In this document: piece after piece, positions 35,930-47,659 of the stretch
How the letters are laid out: each line of letters starts with the position of its first letter
Numbering within the stretch: position 1 is the stretch's first letter
Source: Mobula hypostoma
Lineage: Eukaryota
Assembly: GCF_963921235.1 (NCBI RefSeq)
Contig: NC_086097.1
Coordinates: forward strand, 21,392,001 to 21,456,000
Length of the DNA: 64,000 bases
Direction: 5' to 3'
The notes under the pieces: model-generated
Seen by the model: only the letters and a program-made list of their open reading frames with translations
Database searches by the model: none
Told to the model about the DNA's origin: nothing
Position numbers and translations under genes: made by a program

Positions 35930-36900
35930 TCAAAGGTGGTATTGATACACCATTGGGAGAATCTGTCAATCATCTTTTGCACTCCAGTGTATCCTAAGGA
36001 GTGTATTTGCCCTACCAGATAAAGAAGTAGTGTATTTGGAGTTGCTAGTCTATGACTAATGCCATATCTCCATAATCCATCACTGCTTATCTTCCCCCCA
36101 TTCTCGATCCAGAACCATTTTTCCAGTTATGCCACTGAGCTTTCATTGCTCAGTTATCTTTTATGTTTGTTTTTGATACAGAGTTCATTTTTGTCTCTAT
36201 AATTCCAGTTGTTCGGTTCGTTGCATATGTTCTCTGCGTTTCTCTTACTTTTATTTCTTTTAGTTCTTTTACCCCTTCCCGTGTTGCCCTTTTAGCAATT
36301 TTATCCATGAATACATTTCCACGGCTTTCCATTGTCATTTTGGAGTGGCTCATACATTTTAATACAGCAACTTTTGATGGCAGTTGTATGGCATTCATGA
36401 GTTCTTTTACCAGCCGGCCAGTGTTGATTGTGTTTCCTACAGCTGTAAGAAATCTCCTTTATCTCCATAGGTTTCCAAAATCATGAACAACTGCAAAAGC
36501 ATATTGAGAATCAGTGTCAGATATTAGATGATCTTCCTTCTGCCAACTTACAGGCTTCAGTCAGAGCATTTTGTTCAGCCTGTTGCACAGAGGTGCCAAG
36601 ATCCATGCTCCATGATGCCAGCTCTTCAGCTTCAGAAACAACAGCTCATCCAGCCATTCAGATTCCTCTCTCAATCATTGCAGGAGCCATCAGTGTACAG
36701 AATCAAACCTGAGTTCAGTATAGGCATTTCGTTTTAATAGTTTGTTTTTTTTCATGACATATTGCGGTTTTTGCACAGTCATAGTCATCATAGTGTTCCA
36801 TGTCTGGTGGTAACGGTGTAGAAGGATTCACTAGACTCGCTTGTAGTTGAATAATGGTGTCTCACAAACTTTTGGGACTTTTTGACAGGCTACATTGTGA
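35930..36900 (-). pseudogene. pol: Retroviral pol fragment (tether, RNase H, start of integrase), gamma/epsilon-like
   Basis: Broken frames read VNPSTPLPP, LYTDGSC, AQQAEQNALTEACKLAEG, TDSQYAFAVVHDFG, AIQLPSKVAVLKCMSH, RGNVFMDKIAK, QIHSLG. Confidence 0.88.
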
Positions 36901-36939
36901 GAAGTCGCTTTTTTGACTGAGGGGGCGCGTGCTTTAAGA

Positions 36940-38035
36940 AGAGCTTGGGGCCTGCCGGGACTTTTCAGTGGGCTGCAATTATTGCGAGCAGTTACTGTTT
37001 GGTTGAGGCAGCATGAGGTTTAAAAAGATCTCAGGATATTTTGGGACATATTGGTGGGCTGTTGTTGGAGTGGAAATTCGGAGAGTGAGAAGCTTTGAAA
37101 AGCCAACAGAGGGCAACTACAAAAGTCATTAAGGTAAAGATGGAATATGAAAGTAAGCTAGCCAATAATATTAAAGAGGATGCCAAAAATTTCTTCAGAT
37201 ACATAAACTGTAAAAGAGAGGCAAAAGTGGATATTGGACTGCTGGAAAACGATGCTGGAGAGATAGTAATGGGGGACGAGGAAATGGCAGATGAACTGAA
37301 TAGGTAATTTGCATCAGTATTCACTCTGGAAGACACTAGCAGTATGCCGGAAGTTCGAGTGTCAGTAGGCAGAAATGTGTGAAGTTGGTATTACTAGGGA
37401 GAAGGTTAACTTGCAGGTTGAGTCAGTGGTAAAGAAGGGAAATGCAATGTTAGCATTCATCTTGAGAAGACTAGAATATAAAAGCAAGGATGTAATGCTG
37501 AGGATTTATAAGACTGCACTTGGAGCATTTTGGGTAGTTTTGAGCTCCTTGTCTACGAAAAGATGTGCTGGCATTGGAGAGAGTCCAGAGGAATTATTCT
37601 GGGAATGAAAGGGTTACTGTATGAAGAGCACTTGATGGTGCTCACTAGAGTTTAGATGACTGAGGATGGTTCTTGTTGAAATGTATCGAATATGGAAAGA
37701 CCTAGATAGAGTGGATAAGGAGAGGATGTTCGTATGGTGGGGTAGGCTAGGACCAGAGGGTACAACCCCAGAATATACGGACATCCATATAGATCAGGGA
37801 TGAAGAGGAATTTTTTTATCCAGAGGGTAGTGAAAATACGGAATTCTTTGCCACAGACAGCTATGGAGGCTAAGTCATAGGATATATTTGAAGGAGAGGT
37901 AGATAAGTTCTTGATTAGTAAGGGCATCAAAGGCAGGAGAATAGGGTTGCGAGGGATAATAAATCAACCATTGCAGAATAGAGGAGCAGACCCGATGGGC
38001 TGAATGGCCTAATGCCCTGTGTCTCATGGTCTTAT
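36940..38035 (+). mobile_element. Internally deleted CR1 inserted in the ERV
   Basis: KLANNIKEDAKNFFRY, LEYKSKDVMLRIYK and a CR1 3' UTR. Confidence 0.8.
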
Positions 38036-39899
38036 TCCTAATGCAGGTGCAGTACACAGTGCACTTTTAAAGTTTGAAACACTTTTAGTTGTTCTTTATT
38101 AGGGGTCATAGCGTCCTCTGAGCATTTACTGCCCTTCAGCAGATTGTTGAGTGGTTGAGCAGTTGTTGGTGGATTAGAGGTTAGCTTGTTAATAATTTAA
38201 TTACTGTCAGTTTACTTTTGTATGTTTCATCTTCGCTCCTGTGTGTCTCCACTGCTTTAGTCTTTATCGGAGCAAGCTGTGACGTGGCTGTCAATCTTGA
38301 TGATCACTGTCATCCTCAGCTGAGTCACTAGAGGCCGCTGCAGGGTCCACGTCCTGTCCATCCTGTAATTTCACAGAGTTCAGATGATGCCACTGTCTCG
38401 GAAGATTATTCGATGTAGGCTGTAATTCTTCAGAGGACGAATGGTGCCGCTATCTTGGAGGACAGTCCGATATAGGGGGTGTTTCCTTCGGGGGAGTCCA
38501 GAAGTAACATCACCGATAACGTTACTAATACGACCGTGTACTGGTTTGGCAGAACCGCCCACTTGAGGTCCCTGCTCAGTTTTTTCACGTTGCTTTCGTT
38601 TGCTTCTGAGCTCCATACACTGCTCTTCAATTCGATTACAATTCTAATGTTTTTTCACTCGTTCGGCTAATGCAGAAATTTGCTCATTGGGCTTTTTGCT
38701 GTCATGCTGTTTTTGTAGTTTATCACACATTTCTTTCTCTTTCCATAATCGGTCAGTAAAAGTCTTTACTTACCCCATTAACTTTCGCATTTGCTTGTAC
38801 ATTTAATCAAACAGACTGCTTGTCTTATCTTTAATTCACACATTCCGGACTTTTCCTTTCCCTCAGGCATTCTCTGGATCTTATCACGTGCCTTCTTATT
38901 CTTAGTAAACTTAATATTGTTGGTATTTTTCATTCGGATTTTTTTTATTATTCTTATCAAATTGAGGTGTTTTATGCAGATAAGAGCTTGTAGTATGTTT
39001 CAAGACTTATTGTTCTAATTGCTTCTACTTTTTATTAATTTGACCGTGATCTCGAAACATTAATAGATTGCAACCGTTGGGCTGCCCCGCAACTAATGGA
39101 CTAATGGATTGCAACCAATAGAGTGCAACTGATGTTTCACTAGGTTGCTGTGCAATAGATTGGCTGCAACTGAGTGGATTCACGTGCAACCAAAATTTCA
39201 GTAGATTATCCTCCAACTGAAAAATACTCCTGTTCCTTATAGGCTTGTATGACTGAGCCCGATATTAATTTCAGTGCTCAGCTTGATTTTTACGGATCTG
39301 TTTTTTTAAAATAGTGTAGTAGTTCCTCACTCCTACTTCCATCTGATGATGTATTGAAGTCAGAACTAGGTTTTCTCTCAGACAGAACTGGGATCAGAGG
39401 AAGCTTGTAGCTCTTTTATTTTAAAAAAAGTCAGTTTTGTTTTTTATTCTTTGCAAGTCCTTAAATCTTCGCAACCATTCTCACTGACACATGCCAATTT
39501 ATTGGATTCTAAGGTTTTTAATCCGAGGTTCTTCAGGAAAGAGGCACAAAACTTGTTTCACAATCATTTTATTAAGAGTTAATAGAGACAGTGATAGAGG
39601 TCTAGTGGTCAGCTCTTTTTATAGATAAATTTCAATTTAAACGTTCAATTTAAATTTGCAGATAACAGTTAACCAATCAGAGAGCCCTTATTCAAATATC
39701 AAAAGAACTTTCGAGAACTTGCAAAGAACTGTAACCGCCAGGCCACACACTGAACAAATGTATATACATACTGTGGCCTCTAAGAAACTTACTAAACAAT
39801 TACATGTATATAAGTAGTTATAAAAATACAAACAAGTAATTAATTGTTCAGATGCAAACAAAACAATTAAACAGTCTAATGTAACAATCCTAATCCATC

Positions 39900-40150
39900 A
39901 GTATCAATGACCAATACAGTCTGGAACAGCCTGCAAATGTCACCATGCTTCCGGTCGGTGTCCACATAGCATGCCCACAACTTACTGACACTAACCCGTG
40001 CATCTTTGGAACATGGGAGGAAACTGGAGCACCTGGAGGAAACCCATACAGTCACAGAAGAATGTATAAACTCCTTACGGGCAGCGGTGGAATGGAGCCC
40101 TGATCGCTGGCGGTGTGAAGCATTGCGCTAACTGCTAAGCTACTGTGCCG
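39900..40150 (-). mobile_element. V-SINE, 5' part (its tail lies at about 35300-35363, split by the ERV)
   Basis: TGGGAGGAAACTGGAGCACCTGGAGGAAACCCA V-domain in reverse; collinear with the intact copy at 49770-50070. Confidence 0.75.
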
Positions 40151-41279
40151 ACCCTGAGTAAAGATGCTGGCGCACTTTCTGCGTAATTGCAGCTATGTGC
40201 TGGACCCAAAACAAGATAATCTTGTCCTAAGATGGTCACGCAATTGGCCATGTCCCTCGCTACCTTCCTATCCATGTACTTGTGCAAGTACCTTTTAAAT
40301 GTTGTTAATGTACCTGCCTCACCCATTTCCTCTGACAGGTCGTTTCATATACCGGCCACTCTCTGAGTGACAAAGTTGGCCCTCAGGTTCCTATTAAATT
40401 TCTTCCCTTTCACCTTATACTTATGGTCTCTGATCTTGATTCCTCTGCCCTGGGAAAAAGACATTCACCCTATGTATGAACTCTGAAACATGAGTTCAAT
40501 TTCAAACACAACTAATTAAAAATGCTGGTATCAGTAATGGTGACCATGAAGCTACCAGGCTCTTGTGTAAGCTGATCTGGTCTATCACTGTTGCTGAGGC
40601 AAGGAAGTCTCTTATTTTGATCTGCCTAGTCCAAATGTGACTCAAGACCCACCAATATGATCCCCTCGCACTCTTCTGTATCAGTGAATATAGTCCCAGG
40701 CGACTCAATCTCTCCTCATTGGCTCACCCCCTCATCTCTGGAGAACCTCCTCTACACCATCTCCAAATCCAGTACATCTTTCTTCAAATATGAAAGGCAG
40801 AACTGCATGCAGAACTTGACATGTGGCCTCATCAGTACCCTGTAGAGTTCAAAGTTCAAAGCACATTTATTATCAAAGAATGTATAAATTATACGATCTT
40901 TGAGATTTGTCTGCTTAAGGCAGCCACAGAACAAGAAACCCAAAAGAACCAAATTAAAAATAAGACCAATACGCAATGCGCAAAGAGAGAAAAAAAAACA
41001 TAGATCATGCAAACAAAAAAAGCATGCAACAGCATTCAGAAGAAAAGTGAATATATAGATACAAAGCCTAGAGGAGCCTCAGCCTCAGCCTCAGTTCAGC
41101 AACTGCAGAGCAAATTGTCGCGAAGCTCGCTCGCGGTCACCAAGCCTGGAGCAGCTGGAGTAAGGCACAACCACAGACTCAGTCTCAGTGGTGTAAACTT
41201 TGTGGGCTGAAGGGCCTGTATTGTGCTGTAGGTTTTCTATGTTTCTATGTTTCTATTCCTCCTTTACCATTTAAATAAT

Positions 41280-41675
41280 AATTTTGATCATTTAGTTCTC
41301 TTTCCAAAGTAGATGATCTCGCATTTGCCAACATTGTACTCCATCTGCCAGACCCTTGCCACTCTCTGATCTTCTGTACGATTTGCTTTTCCACTCAGTG
41401 GATCATAAATAAACTTAGATACTCTAAACCTGGTCCCCTCCTCCAAATCATTAATGTATATCGTGAGCAGTTGCAGGCCTAGATCTGACCCCTGTGGCAC
41501 TCTGCCTGCCACTGACCGCCAACTCGAGAAATACACATTTATCCCAACACTCTGACCTCTGTGGTCAACAGATCGTCTGTCCATGCTAATAAATGCGCTC
41601 TGGAAATCCAAGTATATAACATCCACCTCTTCCTCTCAATACACTGTACTCATTATATCCTCAAAGAATTCCAGT
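41280..41675 (-). mobile_element. CR1 RT fragment
   Basis: DVIYLDFQSAF, VPQGSDLGLQL and WQMEYNVGKC motifs. Confidence 0.85.
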
Positions 41676-43053
41676 GACCGCTTTGTTTTCTCTCTGCACA
41701 TGTGGCTGTAGCTTTGAGGTTCCGTTAATTTCTGATTGATTTTCTGCCTCAATTTTGATCTGAACTCTATCACAGACATTCCCTCTGTTCTCCTTACCAC
41801 CTCCTCTCTCTCTGTAACTTAACACCTGCCTTCTCATTGTACTAGTTCACTTGAAAGGTTTTTGACCTAAAACATTGACTCTGTTCTTCTTCCCACTGTT
41901 GTTGCCTGATCAACTGACTGCTCCCAACACTTTTAATTTTTGTCATCCAGTAATCATGGTTAACTTTTAAGAACTCATGGGTACAGAACAGCAAGGTGTA
42001 CAAAAGGGCTTCTGCCCCCCCCCCGCCCCTGCCCGTCAGTGAACTGGGTACAGTTCGTGCACTGTTGCAAGCACAGATTCCCATCCTTGCCTTCCTATCC
42101 TTCCTCGGCTTCATCCCACCCTGTCTCGTTGTAAATTCCTCCCGTGCACTGTAATCCTTGACCACTTTCAGTTCCAGCTTCTCGAACGTTTCTGACTTCC
42201 TGTCTTTGCCGCCTCCCGCTTTACAGTCCTGGAATTCACTTCTGAAACCAATCCATCTTACCCTCCTCCCTAACGCTTGACTCTTCACTGGGCGTTTGGC
42301 CATGTCCTTATACCATTTCCACATCAAGTTTTGCATTAAAGCATTTATGTAAAATGTCTTGGGATATTTTATCCTGAGAGATGGTGCAAGCCATGGCAAC
42401 TGACAGACATTTTACTTCCCTGGGGGCATATATTCCTACCTCCCCCCGCCCCCCCCCCCCCACATTCACACACAGTTTGAAATGTGTGGTGGTGTTCTTT
42501 ACTCTTCTTGGGATAACAGTGACCGGTGACAAAGCTTACCTTCAGTATGAAAAGGAGCCCAGCATTCGGACTGTGCAGTTCCTCAGCATTCCTACTCGTA
42601 GACACCAACAGTTCAATATTAATCTCATGCTCTGTATTCTTACTAAAAGCTGCAGCAACGTCCCGAACCTTTTGTTCTAAAGCCTGTATTTAAGTGAAAT
42701 GTTTGGAACATGGGGATGATGAAGGATCAGCATTATTCACCATATTCATTTACATGTATCAGGAATTTGCTGTGGTGTGTTGGCACAGCATGCAACAAAA
42801 ACAACGTTCAGCAATTATAAAGAATAAAGCATTAAATAAATATGAAGTTAGAAGTACAGATATGGAATGGAATGTGCATAAATACATTAATACCAGCAAG
42901 CATTTACAATGTAGACAGCATTGTAGAAAGTGGTTGAAAGTGTTTACAGTGCAGTGTGGTGATTGAGGTAATAGAGGAGGATGGGGTGGCAAACTAGAAT
43001 GATTGACCAGATGAAAACTGCCTTGGGGGGAAAAAACTTTTAAAATGGTGTCA

Positions 43054-44268
43054 TGCAAACACGAGAAAATCTGCAGATGCTGGAAATTCAAGCAACACAC
43101 ACAAAATGCTGGTGAACGCAGCAGGCCAGGCAGCATCTATAGGGAGAAGTACAGTCGATGTTTCGGGCCGAGACCCTTCATCAGGACTAATGGAAAAAAG
43201 AGATAGTAGAGATTTGAGAGGGGAGGGGGAAGACCCGAAATGATAGGAGAAGACAGGAGGGGGAGGGATGAAGCCAAGAGCTGGTAAGTTGATTGGCAAA
43301 AGAGATACAAGGCTGGAGAAGGGAGAGTACATGGGATGGAAGGCCTTGGAAGAAAGAAAGGGAGAGGGGAGCACCAGAGGAGGATGGAGAACAGGCAAGG
43401 AGTTATTGTGAGAGGGAAAGAGAGAGAAAAAATAAACAAACAAATAATAAATAAATAAATAAATAAATAGGGATGAGTTAAGAAGGGGAGGAGGGGCATT
43501 AACGGAAGTTAGAGAAATCAATGTTCATGCCATCAGGTTGGAGGCTACCCGGACAGAATATAAGGTGTTATTCCTCCAACCTGAGTGTGGCTTCATCTCG
43601 GCAGTAGAGGAGACCGTGGATTGACATATCGGAATGGGAATGGGACGTGGAATTAAAACGTGTGGCCACTGGGAGATCGTGCTTCCTCTGGTGGACAGAG
43701 CGTAGATGTTCAGCGAAATGATCTCTCAGTCTGCGTCGGGTCTCGCCAATATAAAGAAGGCCACATCGGGAGCACCGGACAGTGTATATCACACCAGCAG
43801 ACTCACATGTGAAGTGTCGCCTCACCTGGAAGGACTGTCTGGGGCCCTGAATGGTGGTGAGGGAGAAAGTGTAAGGGCAGGTGTAGCACTTGTTCTGCTT
43901 ACAAGGATAAGTGCCGGGAGGGAGATCGGTGGGAAGGAATGGGGGGGGACGACGAATGGACAAGGGAGTCGCATAGAGAGCGATCCCTGCGGAAAGCAGA
44001 AAGTCGAGGGGGGGGGGGAATATGTGCTTGGTGGTGGGATCCCGTTGGAGATGGCGGACATTATGGAGAATTATACGTTGGGACACGGAGGCTGGTGGGG
44101 TGGTAGGTGAGGACAAGAGGAACCCTATCCGTAGTGGGGTGACAGGAAGATGGGGTGAGAGCAGATGTGCGTGAAACGGGAGAGATGCATTTGAGGGCAG
44201 AGTTGATGGTGGAGGAAGGGAAGTCCCTTTCTTTAAAAAATGAAGACCTCTCCTTTGTCCTGGAATGA
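43054..44268 (-). mobile_element. Penelope element 3' portion (GIY-YIG plus pLTR)
   Basis: ORF 43568-44116 CKQNKCYTC..FTCESAGVIYTVRCSRCGLLYIGET; hammerhead motif at 43153-43188 on the minus strand. Confidence 0.93.
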
Positions 44269-45216
44269 AGTTTTTGTTTTAATGACCCTATAGTGCTTTC
44301 CAGAAGGGAGTGTTGGGAAAGGCAGGTAATGTCTGTTCTTACAATAGATGTATCAAGACAGAAAATACTATCGCGAAGAAAACAAGGGGTCGTTTTCTCT
44401 CAATGAACCCATCACCAATTATCATTAATTCCATTGCTAATTTAGAATCAGAATCAGGTTTATTATCACCAGCATGTGACGTGAAATTTGTTAATCGAGG
44501 GAAGTTTCTATTGCACATATTCACTATTGTATTTCCTGCATCATTGACACGGAATATTTGAAAAATACTTCCAAGTGCTTTTTAATAATGTTGGAAGTGG
44601 CAATTTGAATGAAAGTTCTTTTCTTATGTATTCAGATTACAATTCTTGTATTTATCACATGTACATTGCATGATTAAAAGTTGTTGTTTGCTTTAGCATA
44701 CCCTAAGGGTGTGCTGGAAGTAGCCCACAGGTGTTACTATATATTCCAGCACCAACATAGCAATACCACAATGTTCAACAGAACAATACAAACAAGAACA
44801 AAAACAACCTGAATAGCAGCAACAAAACAACAGCAGCCGAACAAGCCCCTTTGCTCCCTCCCACTCGGGCTCACAGTCCTCCAACCCCAAGGCAGACTGC
44901 TTCTGGGCCTCCAGTAGATTTGGGGATGCGCAGACGTCGGGCCTGTGACGAAGTCATGTAAATTCAGCCGGCAGCTACTGTTTCTGAGACGCTTTTCTGA
45001 ATGTTGCGTTAATCCTCGGGTCTACTATGTGAATCTTCATTTCTGTCTCGATCATTCCTATCTACTTTTAAAATGAATTTATTTAAATATAAAATGCTGT
45101 CTATTTTGGGCTTGAAGGGCTATTTTCAGGTCACACCAGTTCAGTTGTTCAGAGACTCATGCACGTGTGATGTGCCAGAGAATGTCGGCTGCTGACCGTG
45201 TGCAGTGTGATTAGAG

Positions 45217-45289
45217 CAGGGGTTCCCAACCTGGGTGCCATGGACCCCTTGGTATTGATCCATGGAATAAAAAAGGTTGGGAACCCCCG
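45217..45289. mobile_element. About 73-bp hAT MITE, same family as 4075
   Basis: CAGGGGTTCCCAACCT ... AGGTTGGGAACCCCCG. Confidence 0.8.
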
Positions 45290-45894
45290 GATGAAAGGGA
45301 GTGCCGTGTTTGGCTGCGTAAAATTCTGCTGAGCATGTGAGGTCCATGAGATCATTGAAACAGATCTCAAACACACCATTGGGGTCTGTGTCAGCATTAG
45401 CTGAAGGTTGGCCCAACATGTCTACACCATTGTAAGCCATCTTCCAGCACTTGACCCTTAGACATTGATAGGCAGAGGATTCAAGTGCTGGTCTGGACAC
45501 TTCTTAAACCCATCAGTCACTCTGCTTCTACCTCTCCCTCTGCCAGTGTATTCCAGGAATGCACTCTCCCTGGGGTGAAAAACGACCCTATCAGATCCTT
45601 TCTATGTCACTTCCTTGTGTCTTCTTATTTTATCCAGCTTTGATCTGGGGTCCTGCATTCTACCTTTATTACACCCTTCATTATCTCAGTCATGGCCAGT
45701 CTTAACCGCTTCTGCTTCAAGGAGAACAGACCCAACCTTTCCAATCGCTCCCTCTCAGTATGACCACATGCTCTCTCCCTGGAGCACTGCACAGCTCCAC
45801 AGTGCCTTGTTCCACCCAGAGCTAAGATTCAAGCCCCACTTTAAGCACTGCCCTAATTTCTTCCCGTCAACTGTGCCCTTTTGTTGGATTGGAT

Positions 45895-46540
45895 TTTTGG
45901 GTTGAGTTGCTCTCTGATCTTGGCAGTTTTCTTGCAAACATTTTGTCAACATGTGAGGAGACATTGTCAGAGTGTCTTTGATTGTGGTGTGCCCTCCGAA
46001 TGCTTGGCCTTTATGTACTTTTCAATCAGCTGACTGGATGTCATTTTGGAAACTCAGTCGTGATGTGGGGAAGAAATCTCACTGCTGGTCGGTTGTATGG
46101 CGAACTTCGTGTGTTGTGGTCAGGAATTTTGCCCATAAATACGATTGAGCTCTACATGTTTGTTAACAGAACTGCTGGCGGAAAACCATGCTTCTAGGAG
46201 TTCTCCTGCATGTCGCAAGTTTGCTTGTGCCATGACTTTCACTGATGTCCAGTCGAATTTGTGCCCCTCTCAATCTTCAAGGGTAGAGACTAGGGAGAAT
46301 TGGTCATGTCGCTTTACAGCCAAATGCTGTTCATAGATCCTAGTGGATAGTTTTCTCCCAGTTTGGCTGATGTAATATTTTCTGCAATGTTATGTCCAAT
46401 CAGCTGATTAAAAACAATATTAAGGGCAGGAATACAGAGGACACCCCGCAATCAACAGTGCGCTGACAATGTCTCCTCACGTGGGGATGAAATATTTGCA
46501 AGTCAACTGCCAAGATCAGAGAACAACTCAACCACCTGAG
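45895..46540 (-). mobile_element. Second PLE family: GIY-YIG fragment flanked by inverted pLTRs
   Basis: Minus strand YYISQTGRKLSTRIYEQ..GHKFDW..LLEAWFS; about 145-bp inverted repeats at 45895-46045 and 46390-46535. Confidence 0.8.
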
Positions 46541-47659
46541 CTACACATCTTTCAAATTATTTCCAGGGTTTGATTTATTTTCAGATCAGCGCTTTGATTT
46601 TCTATTCACAAATATAGCTCGAAAAATTTGCACCATGGCTGGGAATAATGAAATGGGCAAATTGCTCATTCCCAGGATTCTTTGTGTATCATATTTAGTG
46701 AGAGAAAACTTTATCTTCAAAAATGCTTTCTGTTACCATGGAACATTGAATAGGGGCTTGTCATCATTCAAGAAGAGTTAGTCTAATCACAAATAAATCT
46801 GTTGTGAAATTGAAAAGCAACTCCTTTCAAGAGATAGTTGTGTCTGCCTATCAAGATCTTCGGCTCTCCTTCAAGATCCTTGGAGATAAACTGAAATGAC
46901 TTGACAAAGGTTGCATTCTATATCCAGAATGAAATCTGCTGATATATAATGCTGTTTGGCTCTCTGTATTACTGTTGCTCAAAACTCCAAGTATGTAGCA
47001 AATCAGTTGAGCTTGATAAAGATTATTTGTGACTGAAATGGAAAATGCTGGAAGCACTCAGCGGGTTATAGAGCATGCTCAGCCTGCCGAGTGTTTCTAG
47101 CACTTTCTGCTTTTTTGCAGATCTCCAGCATCTGCAGTATTATCTGGGTTTTCATTGCAGTATAATAGTAATAATAATAATAATAGTTGTAATAAGTACT
47201 TTATTGATCCCAAGTGGGAAATTATTTTGTTACAGCAACAACATTTAAAAACATGTTTGGCAATAATAATATTAACTAATAATAAAATACAAAATAATAA
47301 TATATACAATAACATACCAATGTGCAATAATATGCAATACTGTGCAATAATAATATAACCATATAACCATATAACAATTACAGCACGGAAACAGGCTATC
47401 TCGGCCCTTCTAGTCCCTGCTGAACTCTTACCCTATCCTAGTTCCGCCGACCTGCACTCAGCCCATAACGCTCCATTCCTTTCCTGTCCATATACCTATC
47501 CATTTAAAAGGAGGATAGCCTTATATAGCGAGCAGTGTATTTTGCGGGCTGCGGAGTGAGCCGGAAGCAGAGTGAAGGCTTAAGGGCTTTGGCTAAACGG
47601 GCTTAGGCGGAAACGGGCGAGGCGAAGAGGGTTTGGTTATTCATTTTTTTTGTACAAAA

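Larger units (their letters stand above)
35364..39886 (-). mobile_element. Endogenous retrovirus, degraded and internally deleted provirus
   Basis: Related LTRs at 35364-35806 and 39500-39886; minus-strand PPT AAAGGGGTGAAT; TGG start just inside the 5' LTR; pol RNase H and integrase N-terminal remnants. Confidence 0.88.

Noticed and set aside
41842..42399. 185-aa minus-strand ORF
   Set aside because: Overlaps what appear to be antisense L2 and PLE remnants and a G-run; no recognisable domain.
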